From Armatimonadota bacterium (GTDB lineage Bacteria; Armatimonadota; HRBIN16): 64,000 nt of DNA. Positions 30,673 through 41,227 of the stretch are shown piece by piece (the stretch's first letter is position 1; every line of letters begins with the position of its first letter). The DNA is taken from NCBI GenBank assembly GCA_040289885.1, contig PSLZ01000004.1, positions 54,094-118,093 of the forward strand, given 5' to 3'. Under the pieces are notes generated by a model. It ran no database searches and was not told the DNA's origin. It saw nothing but the letters and a program-made list of their open reading frames with translations. Made by a program: the position numbers and the translations under genes.

Positions 30673-31284
30673 TCAGTGTGCCCTCGGCGCGTTCAGTGCC
30701 TGCTGAAGCAGGCGTGCGCTTTCCACGTGCCAGATGGGCTGTATCTCAAACTCGGTCACGTTCAGCGGGGTCTCGATCTGCACGCGCGCCACGTAGCGAT
30801 CACCAACGGCGATCACCAGCGTGTGCCCCACGTTCTTCGCCGAGAACTTCCACAGCCGCCTGCGCCCTTCGTCGGTGAGGCGTACTTTGACGATACCGTA
30901 ATCGCCCGTCATAGGCTGGGGTGCGGGCGCGGTTCGCAGTTCCGCGTTCGGTTCGAACTGCGCTTCGGTCAGCACGATGGGAGCCTCCTTCAGCAGTCGT
31001 TCCACCACGATAGCTCGTGCTCCGGGGCGGATGGCGGGTTCCTCGCCGGCGGAGAACGACCTCGCCTGCACGTCCTGTCTGCGATAGACGTAGACGGTCT
31101 TGTTCGCCACAATCGCCGTCAGGTCGTCGGGCAGAGCGATGAACATCACCTGCGACGGCTTCAGCGGCGCCTCCTCAATCCGGCGCAACTGCCACTGCGT
31201 GAACAGGTAACTGCCCAGGAACCAGAGGGCAATCAGCAGGACAACCGGTATCACAAAACGCAGAGATGGTAAAGCACGAAACAT
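30673..31284 (-). CDS. membrane-anchored hypothetical protein
   Basis: Single N-terminal TM helix and good coding periodicity. The gap to the upstream gene is 26 nt. Confidence 0.45.
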   Translation of the reverse strand: MFRALPSLRFVIPVVLLIALWFLGSYLFTQWQLRRIEEAPLKPSQVMFIALPDDLTAIVANKTVYVYRRQDVQARSFSAGEEPAIRPGARAIVVERLLKEAPIVLTEAQFEPNAELRTAPAPQPMTGDYGIVKVRLTDEGRRRLWKFSAKNVGHTLVIAVGDRYVARVQIETPLNVTEFEIQPIWHVESARLLQQALNAPRAH

Positions 31285-31310
31285 CTTGCCAATTCCCTTT
31301 CTCTTTTTGT

Positions 31311-32582
31311 TCAGTACACAAACTCCCGAATATCATACGTTGCACGCTGTACCCCGGGTGGCAGGTGCACGCAATCCTCAATCTGTTTTCTCTGTTGTCG
31401 CATCTGTTCGGAGGTGAGGGGGCGGATACCTGCTTCCTGTGCCAGTCGGGTATACTCGCCCGCGTACGGTTCTATCAGCTCGGAGAAGTAGAGAATGTCC
31501 CCTGTGCTCCACGGGAGCCGATTCAGCAGGGCAACCGTTTCACGCACATGCGCCTCTGCGTAACGGTCGCCTCCCGCTCCTAACAGCACAATGATGCCCA
31601 CGCGGATACCCGCCTCTTTCAACGCTTCCACCATCTGCAGAACCTCGGCGTTGGTTTGCGGTTTGTGCAGGAAGCGCAGGAGTTGCTCACAACCCGTCTC
31701 CACGCCGATGTACACCCGCCGCACGCCCATCTGCTGTAGTTCGCGCAGTTCCTGCACACTCTTGCGGTAACCGGTGAAGGCATCGATGAAGGAGTACATG
31801 CCCTGGAAACGCACGGGATGCCGTTCGCGCCAGCTCTGCAAGGCGTCGGCGGGCAGTTCGGCGGGCTCGATGGGGAAAGCGTCGCGCACGATCTGCAGGA
31901 GCGGTATCAGCATCCGTTGTGGCGCCACCAGCGCGTTGGCATCGGCGAGAAAGATGCGGTTGCGTAGGCGCAAGGTGTCTCCGAAGTACTCCTGCACCTG
32001 GGCGATGTGCTCCCGCAGGCGCTCCGGTGTCTTGATGGCAAAACGCCTGTCGCGGTAAAAGTCGCAAAAGGTGCACCGGTTCCAGTGGCACCCTTCGGTG
32101 ACCTGTAGCACCAGCGCGAGGTACTGGTCGGGGGGAAGGATGCTAACGGGTTTGTATACCTGCAGAAACCGCCGGGCGTCGCGGTGGTGTGCTTCTACGT
32201 CCCACTGGCAAGCCTTTTGCAGAGCTTGCTTGCAGATGGGGTCCGCCTGTTCGGGGAAGGAGGTGTGTGCCTGCACAGCCATCTGGTGTGCCCAGCGCAG
32301 GATGCTATCCGCCTCTTGTTCGGTGAGCCGGCGCAGATGGCGGTTTCCATCGGGCGTTACCCACTTGCACACCATGCGCCCATCCAGCCCACGCTTATAG
32401 TTCACCCCGTCGATAAACGCCATCCACAGCCTGCCGGTGGGGTCGAAGGTATAGACCTCACGCTCGTCCAGCATCAGCGAGATGGCGTGCCGTTTCACTC
32501 CTACCCATACGCGCTCTGCCAGAGGGGGAGCGGGATACTCCGCGCGGTGTAGTAGTCCGGGCGAAAGGGTTGGTGTCTCCAT
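31311..32582 (-). CDS. radical SAM protein with non-canonical Cx4Cx2C spacing
   Basis: VTEGCHWNRCTFCDFY, read directly from nucleotides 32071-32130. A GVETG block is present. The start lies 2 nt after the hisF stop. Confidence 0.7.
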   Translation of the reverse strand: METPTLSPGLLHRAEYPAPPLAERVWVGVKRHAISLMLDEREVYTFDPTGRLWMAFIDGVNYKRGLDGRMVCKWVTPDGNRHLRRLTEQEADSILRWAHQMAVQAHTSFPEQADPICKQALQKACQWDVEAHHRDARRFLQVYKPVSILPPDQYLALVLQVTEGCHWNRCTFCDFYRDRRFAIKTPERLREHIAQVQEYFGDTLRLRNRIFLADANALVAPQRMLIPLLQIVRDAFPIEPAELPADALQSWRERHPVRFQGMYSFIDAFTGYRKSVQELRELQQMGVRRVYIGVETGCEQLLRFLHKPQTNAEVLQMVEALKEAGIRVGIIVLLGAGGDRYAEAHVRETVALLNRLPWSTGDILYFSELIEPYAGEYTRLAQEAGIRPLTSEQMRQQRKQIEDCVHLPPGVQRATYDIREFVY

Positions 32583-32584
32583 CG

Positions 32585-33361
32585 CTACGTCAAACGCACC
32601 GGTACGCCGCGCTCGTGGAGGTACTGTTTGAGCTCGGCGATGGTATAGTGTCCGTCGTGTACGATGCTTGCGACGAGGGCGGCGTCCGCCATACCTTCGG
32701 TCAGAGCGTCGTAAAGGTGTTCGGGTCTGCCCGCCCCACCCGAAGCGATGACCGGGATGCGGACCGCCTGGGCGACCGCCCGCGTCAGATCGATATCGTA
32801 TCCGCGTTGCGTGCCGTCGCGGTCCATGCTGGTTAACAGGATTTCACCTGCGCCCAGTTCCTCTATGCGCCGTGCCCACTCGATGGCGTCCAGTCCGGTT
32901 GGCTTGCGCCCGCCGTGTGTGTACACCTCCCAGCGCGGTGTGCCATCGGGCTTTGTGCCAACGCGGCGGGGGTCAATCGCCACGACCACACACTGACTGC
33001 CGAACCGCTCGGATGCCTCGCGGATGAGGTCGGGGTTTTGCACGGCGGCGGTATTGATGCTGATTTTATCTGCCCCCGCCTTCAGGATACGTCGGAAGTC
33101 CTCTACACTGCGGATGCCCCCGCCGACGGTGAAGGGAATGAACACCTGTTCCGCCACGCGCTCTGCCATTTCTGCGACGATGTCGCGCTGTTCATGGCTG
33201 GCGGTGATGTCCAGAAACACCAGTTCGTCTGCACCCTGCGCGTCGTACAGTGCGCCTAGTTCCACAGGGTCTCCCGCGTCGCGCAGGTTGACGAAGTTCA
33301 CACCTTTGACCACCCTGCCGTCTTTGACGTCCAAGCAGGGGATAATCCGTTTGACCAGCAT
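32585..33361 (-). CDS. hisF: imidazole glycerol phosphate synthase cyclase subunit
   Basis: [20 protein letters not shown]...[11 protein letters not shown]...SIDA...[15 protein letters not shown]. Confidence 0.92.
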   Translation of the reverse strand: MLVKRIIPCLDVKDGRVVKGVNFVNLRDAGDPVELGALYDAQGADELVFLDITASHEQRDIVAEMAERVAEQVFIPFTVGGGIRSVEDFRRILKAGADKISINTAAVQNPDLIREASERFGSQCVVVAIDPRRVGTKPDGTPRWEVYTHGGRKPTGLDAIEWARRIEELGAGEILLTSMDRDGTQRGYDIDLTRAVAQAVRIPVIASGGAGRPEHLYDALTEGMADAALVASIVHDGHYTIAELKQYLHERGVPVRLT

Positions 33362-33424
33362 CGGTTTCTCCTACGGGCAATCGCACCTTTATTGTACCGC
33401 TTTTCGCGGAGGATGTCGCGGTGT

Positions 33425-33477
33425 CCGAGCCCAATGCCTCCTCCCCGCCCGCGGGGAGGAGGGAGGTGGGGGTAACC
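33425..33477 (+). repeat. REP-like GC hairpin element, copy 1
   Basis: CCGAGCCCAATGCCTCCTCCCCGCCCGCGGGGAGGAGGGAGGTGGGGGTAACC, with a 10-bp stem CCTCCTCCCC/GGGGAGGAGG. Confidence 0.75.
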
Positions 33478-33483
33478 AGATGG

Positions 33484-34026
33484 TCAATCCTGTGGAGGGG
33501 TGACGTCGCTGAAAAACGGCAGGTAGTGGCGCCATACCTCGTTCTTAGTGCCCTCGATGTATTTGCTGAGGCTGATGTAGGGCACGTAGCGGGGGCGACG
33601 CGGCTGGCGCAGAAGGGTCATCCCCGTCTGATGCAGGGGCTTGTCGCCCTTCTTCAGGTTGCACTTGCGGCAACAGGTCACCAGGTTCTCCCAGTCATCG
33701 CTACCGCCCAAGCGGCGCGGGATCACATGGTCTACCGTCAGCTCCTTGCCGCGGTAACCGCAGTACTGGCAGGTATAGTCATCCCGCGCGAAAATGGTGC
33801 GCCGGGTGAGCTTGAGCTCGGGCAGGGGACGCTTGACGTGATAGCGCAGTTTCACCACCGACGGCACCTGAATCACCTTGTCTGCGGTGTGCAAAGCGAT
33901 ACCGTCGGCGTGCAGCACCTCTGCCTTGCCCAGCAGTACAAGCACCACCGCACGCCGAACGTTGCATACGTTCAACGGCTCGTAGTCGTTGTTCAATACC
34001 AGTACTTGTCTGTCCGTCTCCAACAT
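33484..34026 (-). CDS. HNH endonuclease
   Basis: CQYCG...[29 protein letters not shown]. Confidence 0.8.
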   Translation of the reverse strand: MLETDRQVLVLNNDYEPLNVCNVRRAVVLVLLGKAEVLHADGIALHTADKVIQVPSVVKLRYHVKRPLPELKLTRRTIFARDDYTCQYCGYRGKELTVDHVIPRRLGGSDDWENLVTCCRKCNLKKGDKPLHQTGMTLLRQPRRPRYVPYISLSKYIEGTKNEVWRHYLPFFSDVTPPQD

Positions 34027-34053
34027 CGATCCCTTCCTGACTTACCTGTAACG

Positions 34054-34083
34054 AAAAAGCCCACTGCGGACACGGCAGCGGGC
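34054..34083 (-). terminator. intrinsic terminator
   Basis: The minus strand reads GCCCGCUGC-loop-GCAGUGGGC followed by U5. It ends 27 nt before the HNH ATG. Confidence 0.7.
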
Positions 34084-34257
34084 TTGACCGATTACCTATC
34101 TCGGAAACGCATGACGTGTCCGAAGCGATGATGACGCCAGTGCCTATCCTGCTGTACGTGCATACCTCCGCACAGCCACCAACTGACCGTACGCTGGTTA
34201 TTCTCGGCAAATTGTCGGCTCAAAGATCGCACGTTTCACCTCACAGCAATATAGTGT

Positions 34258-34287
34258 ATTATAGCCACAACAGGGGCAGGTTGTCAA
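34258..34287 (-). promoter_or_regulatory. sigma70-type promoter TTGACA-18-TATAAT
   Basis: The minus strand reads CTTGACAACCTGCCCCTGTTGTGGCTATAAT. It begins 10 nt after the miaB stop. Confidence 0.5.
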
Positions 34288-34296
34288 GAGAGGTTC

Positions 34297-35652
<1,356 letters not shown>

Positions 35653-35774
35653 CGCGTGATTCCCCCGCTGTTCTTTCTCTGGCAAAAATATTATAGCACA
35701 GGGAAACAGGAAGAAGCCTTTAGCATGTATAATAGAGTAAGCACTCTCTGCACGAACCGACAAGGAGGCAAAGC

Positions 35775-36182
35775 ATGCACAAGCGTTTTTGGGCGATAGC
35801 GGGCGTTCTCCTGCTGGGGATCGCAACCGTGTTGTGGGTATCGGCGAACCCGCAGAACAAGGCATCGGTGAAGCCCGCCATCGTGAAATCGGGCTCTTGC
35901 TGTGCGCATGAGGGCGTAAGCAAAGCCACTGCTGCACAGGCAAAGGGCAAGGTCAACCCCGCCGCGCTCAAGGAAGGCAAAGCGGAGTGTCCCTACATGG
36001 CGAAAATGGCGGTAGACAACGGCAAGAAGGACTGTGCCAAATGCCCCGAGATGAAAACATCCGCCAAGACGATCGCCGCCTCGAAAGGGGCTAAGGCATG
36101 TGGAGAGTGTCCGGCGATGAAGACCAATGCAACCGCCACGCAGGCAAAGACGCCGGCGAAGGAGCAGAAGTCCAAGCTGTAA
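35775..36182 (+). CDS. small exported Lys/Ala-rich protein with three C-P-x-M-(K/A) repeats
   Basis: Signal/TM segment MHKRFWAIAGVLLLGIATVLWVSA. Repeats are AECPYMAKM, CAKCPEMKT and CGECPAMKT. AAGGAGG SD is present. Confidence 0.6.
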   Translation: MHKRFWAIAGVLLLGIATVLWVSANPQNKASVKPAIVKSGSCCAHEGVSKATAAQAKGKVNPAALKEGKAECPYMAKMAVDNGKKDCAKCPEMKTSAKTIAASKGAKACGECPAMKTNATATQAKTPAKEQKSKL

Positions 36183-36289
36183 GAGCCATAAACGGCTCTT
36201 GGGGACGAGGTGTCCTGCGGACGCCTCGTCTTTTTGTTGCCCTGTAGCGTAAGGTATCGAATACGACCCTTTGGGGGGCGAGGCAGACG

Positions 36290-36341
36290 CCGAGCCGAAT
36301 GCCTCCTCCCCGCCCGCGGGGAGGGTTGGGGTGGGGGTAAC
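36290..36341 (+). repeat. REP-like GC hairpin element, copy 2
   Basis: CCGAGCCGAATGCCTCCTCCCCGCCCGCGGGGAGGGTTGGGGTGGGGGTAAC, between convergent genes. Confidence 0.75.
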
Positions 36342-36416
36342 GGCTCACCGGGATGTTCGCCCTCCAGTAGAGGCGGGGGTGACGGCTCACCAGGAGGTTC
36401 GCCCTCCAGTGGGGTG
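36333..36416 (+). repeat. 42-nt tandem duplication (2 units)
   Basis: GGGGGTAACGGCTCACCGGGATGTTCGCCCTCCAGTAGAGGC followed by GGGGGTGACGGCTCACCAGGAGGTTCGCCCTCCAGTGGGGTG. Confidence 0.8.
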
Positions 36417-36440
36417 ATGCGCCCCGCATCCCCGAAACCC

Positions 36441-37748
36441 TTACAATTTCCAGACATGCGGGGCGGGAAATGCCTTCAGCGCGTTGCGCGTGTCCACAAT
36501 CAGCTTCGCGTTGTCGGCGATCATGCTCCAATCGTAACTGCGGTGGTCCGCCACGATCACCACGCAGTCCGCCTGCTGGAGCCGTTCTGGTGTCAAGGTC
36601 TCGCTGTGCAGGTGCAGGTCTACATGGTCGTGCACGTGCAGAGTTGGGATATAGGGGTCGTGATAGCTCACCTTCGCGCCGCGCTGGTGCAGGATTTCGA
36701 TAATCTTCAGGGCAGGCGACTCGCGCAGATCGGCAACGTCGCGTTTGTAAGTGACGCCCAGTATCAGCACGTCCGAGCCGTTGACGCTCTTGAAGTGCGA
36801 GTTCAGCGCGTCGTTCACGCGGGAGCAGACGTAATAGGGCATACTGTCGTTGATGGTCGCCGACAGCTCTACGAACTTCACGTGAAAATCATAGTGCCGT
36901 GCCTTCCACGCTAGGTAGTAGGGGTCCACCGGGATACAGTGTCCGCCCAGCCCGGGACCGGGATAGAAGGTCATGAAGCCGTAGGGCTTGGTGGACGCAG
37001 CGTCGATGACCTCCCACACGCTGAGCCCCATGCGGTTGCACAACAGCGCCAACTCGTTGACCAGGGCGATGTTCACACTGCGGAAGACGTTCTCGTAGAT
37101 TTTGGTCATCTCGGCAGCAGTTGGTGAGGAGACGGGAACCAGCTGGTCGATGAACGCACTGTAGAACTCGATGGCTAACTGTGTGCACTGCTCGGTCAAC
37201 CCCCCGACCACTTTGGGCACTTGGCGCAGTTTGAACCGCTTGTTGCCGGGATCGATCCGCTCGGGAGAGAAGACGAGGGCGAAATCGATACCCGCTCGCA
37301 ATCCGGTAGCTTCTAGGCGCGGCTGGACCAGTTCCACGGTAGTGCCGGGATAGGTGGTGCTCTCCACGATGATCAGCTGTTCCGCCCGCAGGGCGCGCGC
37401 GATAGAATCGGTTGCCGCTTCAACGGCGCTCATGTCGGGCTCTTTGGCGCGGTTGATGGGCGTTGGCACGCATACCAGCACCACGTCGCACTCGCGCAGG
37501 CGCACGAAGTCGCTTGTAGCGGTGAGCTTCCCGTTTTCGATAACGAACTTCCATTCATCAGGGTCTATATCTTCGATATAGCGTTCGCCTGCGGCGATGG
37601 CTTCGATCTTACTCCGGTCGATATCGAACCCAATCACGGGATAGCCAGCGGTTGCCGTGCCGACCGTCATAGGCAAGCCGACGTAGCCTAGCCCGATGAC
37701 GCCCACTTTGGCGGTGCGGGATTGTATCCGTTGTCGAAGTTGTTGCAT
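36441..37748 (-). CDS. nucleotide-sugar dehydrogenase (UDP-glucose/GDP-mannose dehydrogenase family)
   Basis: VGVIGLGYVGLP Rossmann loop and the catalytic GLGGHCIPVDP. Confidence 0.85.
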   Translation of the reverse strand: MQQLRQRIQSRTAKVGVIGLGYVGLPMTVGTATAGYPVIGFDIDRSKIEAIAAGERYIEDIDPDEWKFVIENGKLTATSDFVRLRECDVVLVCVPTPINRAKEPDMSAVEAATDSIARALRAEQLIIVESTTYPGTTVELVQPRLEATGLRAGIDFALVFSPERIDPGNKRFKLRQVPKVVGGLTEQCTQLAIEFYSAFIDQLVPVSSPTAAEMTKIYENVFRSVNIALVNELALLCNRMGLSVWEVIDAASTKPYGFMTFYPGPGLGGHCIPVDPYYLAWKARHYDFHVKFVELSATINDSMPYYVCSRVNDALNSHFKSVNGSDVLILGVTYKRDVADLRESPALKIIEILHQRGAKVSYHDPYIPTLHVHDHVDLHLHSETLTPERLQQADCVVIVADHRSYDWSMIADNAKLIVDTRNALKAFPAPHVWKL

Positions 37749-37751
37749 GGC

Positions 37752-38792
37752 TCAGTTCTCCTCCGTTTCCCCCTGCTTGGGAGCGGTTTGCCCACGTTGC
37801 TGGTACCATTGACTGGCGAACTGTTGATACTCCTTTTGGCTCTTGATTTCCTTCCACCACTGGCTATGAGTGCGATACCATTGCACGGTATGCTCCAAGC
37901 CCGCCTCGAAGCTCCAGCGGGGTGACCATCCCATCTGGCGCAGGTGGGAGGTGTCCACCGCGTAGCGGCGGTCGTGCCCGGGGCGGTCTGCCACACTCTG
38001 AATCAACGAAGCGGGTTTGCCCAGTATTTCCAATATTTTTTCGGCAACGGTACGGTTTTTCAACAGGTTGCCCGCGCCAATATTGTATACTCCACCCGGC
38101 TCGCCGTGATGGAGCACCGTATCGATGGCGGTACAATGGTCCTCCACGTATATCCAGTCGCGCACCTGCGAACCGTCGCCATACAGCGGCAGGGGGCGCC
38201 CCTCCAGCGCGTTGGTGATAAAGAGCGGGATCATCTTTTCGGGATACTGGTTGGGTCCATAGGTGTTCGAGCCGCGGGTGATGCGCACATCCAGCCCGTA
38301 GGTGATGCGATATGCCTGTACTAACAGCTCAGCGGCGGCTTTGCTGGCAGAGTAGGGGCTTCGTGGACGCAGGGGAGCCTCTTCAGGGGCAAACCCCTCC
38401 AGCACCTCGCCGTACACCTCGTCGGTGGACACCTGCAGGAACCGTTTCCCCCCGAACTCCCTACACGCCTCCAGCAGAACATACGCGCCGTACACGTCCG
38501 TCTGCAAAAAACTGCCTGGGTGGAGGATGGAGCGGTCAACGTGCGTCTCCGCCGCGAAGTTGACCACCCAGTCGTGGTTGCGCACGAGGTTGCGTACCAC
38601 TACAGGGTCGCGCACGTCGCCGTGATAGAAGGCGAAGTTGGGGTTGTCCATCAGGTCGGCGAGGTTGGACAGATTGCCCGCATAGGTGAGAGCGTCCAGC
38701 ACCGTCACCCGATATTGCGGATATTGGCAGAGCAGGTGCCGGGCGAAGTGGCTTCCGATGAACCCCGCACCGCCAGTGACCAGAACACGCAT
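37752..38792 (-). CDS. rfbB: dTDP-glucose 4,6-dehydratase
   Basis: MRVLVTGGAGFIGSHF...YSASKAA...; trimmed to the ATG at 38792. Confidence 0.88.
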   Translation of the reverse strand: MRVLVTGGAGFIGSHFARHLLCQYPQYRVTVLDALTYAGNLSNLADLMDNPNFAFYHGDVRDPVVVRNLVRNHDWVVNFAAETHVDRSILHPGSFLQTDVYGAYVLLEACREFGGKRFLQVSTDEVYGEVLEGFAPEEAPLRPRSPYSASKAAAELLVQAYRITYGLDVRITRGSNTYGPNQYPEKMIPLFITNALEGRPLPLYGDGSQVRDWIYVEDHCTAIDTVLHHGEPGGVYNIGAGNLLKNRTVAEKILEILGKPASLIQSVADRPGHDRRYAVDTSHLRQMGWSPRWSFEAGLEHTVQWYRTHSQWWKEIKSQKEYQQFASQWYQQRGQTAPKQGETEEN

Positions 38793-38946
38793 CCAGAGAC
38801 CTTCCTTGCCAGAGTGGTAATGCTTTGCAGAGGTCATTATACACGTGTCTGGGGGCTGTTCACAAGTGCCCGGTTGAAATAGTTACAGGAAGCCTTTGAT
38901 GGCAGAGAATCCCGTCCTGAATCGGTCATCCGACGGAGGTGCAATC

Positions 38947-40293
38947 ATGGCTGTGTGGACATGGCTTCTTCCCGCGCTGGCGATGTGTCTGGGCTGGGGC
39001 ATCCGGGGTCAGTTTGGCGGCGAAACGGGTGCGATGGTGCCTGGTGCGCTGGTCGGGCTTGCACTGGCGATGCTGTCGAGGGGGAGGGGCAGCGAGGCTA
39101 TTCGGCTGGGTGCAGTGGGGGCGTTCGCCTGCTCGCTGGGCGGAATGATGACCTACGCGCAGACCGTCGGGTTGGTGCAGGACCAGTATCCTTCGCCGAC
39201 CTACTGGTGGGGATTGCTGGGGCTTGCGATCAAAGGCGGAGTGTGGATAGGTATCACCGGGGCATTTCTGGCGATTGCTACCAGCGACCGCTACCGCCCC
39301 AAAGAGTTGCTGGCGCTGATGATGGTGCTGTTCCTACTGGGAGCTTTGGGAGTGCAGTTGCTGAACCGCCCGCACAACCCCCCGCACGAACTGCCTCTTA
39401 TCTACTTCTCCAAACGCCTGGACCCCAAGCTGCGCGTGGAGTGGTGGGGTGGGCTGTGGTTTGCGCTGATCGGGCTGATGGTCTATACAAGAAGCACAGC
39501 CAGGCGGTAGCGATGGCGTTATGGGGGATTGTGGCAGGGGCTGTTGGCTTTAGCTTCGGCGAGGTCCTGCAGGCGTGGGGACACCACCAGAAGCCGCTTG
39601 GCACGGCGATCCAGCCATGGATGGACTGGTGGAAGGTCATGGAAATGAGTTTCGGCTTCATCGCTGGAGCGGGGCTGGGGATTGGCTGGCGGATAACAGG
39701 TCGAGGTAACACTCCCCCCACCGTTTGCCCCTTGGCATCGCCGGTGGGATAATGGCACCATTCTGGTGTGGTTGATACCGGTGCTGGCGGTAGAGCTGGG
39801 CGCGGACTGGGCAGAAGGCTGGGCGAACCTGCCTGCGGTGTGGATGCTGATTGGACTGCTGGGCAGTCTGGCGGGCAGTGGATGGGCGCCGTTCGGCACG
39901 GGAGTGGCAGTGACGCTGGTCTCCGCAACCAACACTCTGTCCTATCTGGTAGACGAACGCAAACTGCTTGCCTTCGGCTGGGGTTTTGCGGGGCTGGTAG
40001 TTCTGCTTTTCGTGACCGCCTATCTGACCGCGCTCTGGTACCGGCAGGACGCACCTGCCCGCAACTGGTGGTTGTGGACCGTGTGGGTTCAGACGGGGCT
40101 GACATGGGTGAAGTTCCTGCCGGAGGTCCTGCTCAAGCCGGACGAGCGTTTTTGGCTGGTGCGCTGCGGTGCTGGTGGGGTGGTGGAGATCAGCTTCGTC
40201 ATCTTGAGCGTGATACTGACCGCTTGGTGCCTGACGCACCCGGCTCAGTGGTCGGCACAGGGTAGCGGTGCAACCAGCCGCGCTAATGCCTGA
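38947..40293 (+). pseudogene. polytopic membrane protein in three pieces (two compensating frameshifts)
   Basis: Pieces 38947-39510 and 39697-40293 share one frame. The middle piece (about 39480-39752) reads in another frame. The second switch coincides with a C6 run at 39714-39719. Confidence 0.5.
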
Positions 40294-41144
40294 GCGTGCG
40301 CCCTGGGGGCGGGCATGGGCTGTCCATACTGAAGCCAGAGCGGGATAAAGCGCAGGTTGCTTACGCCATCGTGATGTACCTCTGCCCACAGGATGCCGGC
40401 GCGCCGGGTGGCGACGGAGCGTGGCGTGTGGACCAAGTTGCCTACGCTGTAGAGCACGTGCGTCTGCCCAATGCGCTCGTAGCCCTGTACCACGTGCGAG
40501 TGGTGTCCAACAATGAGGTCCACGCCCGCCTCATGGAGCAGACGTGCCATCCGCTTCTGCTTGGGGGAAGGGGCGTGCTCGTTTTCCACCCCCCAGTGCG
40601 GCACCGCGATGAGCACATCCGCCTGACGACGCACCTCTGGCAGGCGCGGAAGGATGTGCTCGAAAGTGGCAACTCCGGGTGCACTGCGCCTTGCCGCAAA
40701 GCCCCCCGGCACAATGGCGGTGAAACAGACGATGGCAACACGAACGCCCTTCGCCTCCACCCATATCGGCTGTGTCGCGTGTTGCACGTCTGTGCCCGCG
40801 CCTGCCCAGCACACCCCCGCTCGCTCCAGGTGAACGAAGGTATCCTGCAGGGCGACCGCGCCATAGTCCATGGCATGGTTGTTCCCCAGTGTGACCGTGC
40901 TGATGCCTGCCCGACGCAGGGCGGGTGCCAGCTCCGGCGGGGCGCGAAAGGTGTACGCTTTGTTGTCCATGGGTGTACCGCGCGTGCTGATACACCCCTC
41001 TAGGTTGGCGAGCACGCAATCCGCCCGCCTCACCAGAGGGGCGATCTTCAGGAACAGGTGGTCGATACCGCGCCGTGTCGCTACGGCGTGCACGTGCCTG
41101 CTCCAGATAATGTCACCACAAAACGCAAAGGTCAACCGAGGCAT
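40245..41144 (-). CDS. CapA/PGA_cap-family metallophosphatase-like protein
   Basis: FCGDI...LANLEG...TLGNNHAMDYG...PHWGVE blocks. Trimmed to the ATG at 41144. Confidence 0.7.
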   Translation of the reverse strand: MPRLTFAFCGDIIWSRHVHAVATRRGIDHLFLKIAPLVRRADCVLANLEGCISTRGTPMDNKAYTFRAPPELAPALRRAGISTVTLGNNHAMDYGAVALQDTFVHLERAGVCWAGAGTDVQHATQPIWVEAKGVRVAIVCFTAIVPGGFAARRSAPGVATFEHILPRLPEVRRQADVLIAVPHWGVENEHAPSPKQKRMARLLHEAGVDLIVGHHSHVVQGYERIGQTHVLYSVGNLVHTPRSVATRRAGILWAEVHHDGVSNLRFIPLWLQYGQPMPAPRAHAQALARLVAPLPCADH

Positions 41145-41227
41145 GGCGCCTTCCTGCCGACGGTGTGATTCATCCCCCATGATAACGCGACGGGGACGGT
41201 TCTTGCAAGTTCGGTCAGGCGGAACGG

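Noticed and set aside
31505-31520. Additional partial matches to the LacI operator half-site (CCGATTCA at about 31511, GAAATCGGTTCA at about 11975, TAATCGGT at 34090 and 60636).
   Set aside because: These are only 7-9 nt partial matches, located inside coding sequence or unrelated leaders, and are compatible with chance.
34110-34185. His-containing mini-ORF (MHVQQDRHWRHHRFGHVMRFRDR) in the leader upstream of HNH/hisF, considered as a his-type attenuator peptide.
   Set aside because: The GGAGG is only about 2 nt from the AUG, and the His codons are not consecutive. hisF is separated by the HNH gene and a terminator-like repeat.
36333-36416. Possible CRISPR array.
   Set aside because: There are only two directly abutting 42-nt units with no spacers, and no cas genes in the window.
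35993-36914. Proline/glycine-rich ORFs (EGEPPGEP... and RGGGDGSPGG...) across 36280-36440.
   Set aside because: They are translations of the REP-like hairpin and the 42-nt tandem duplication in an intergenic gap between convergent genes.
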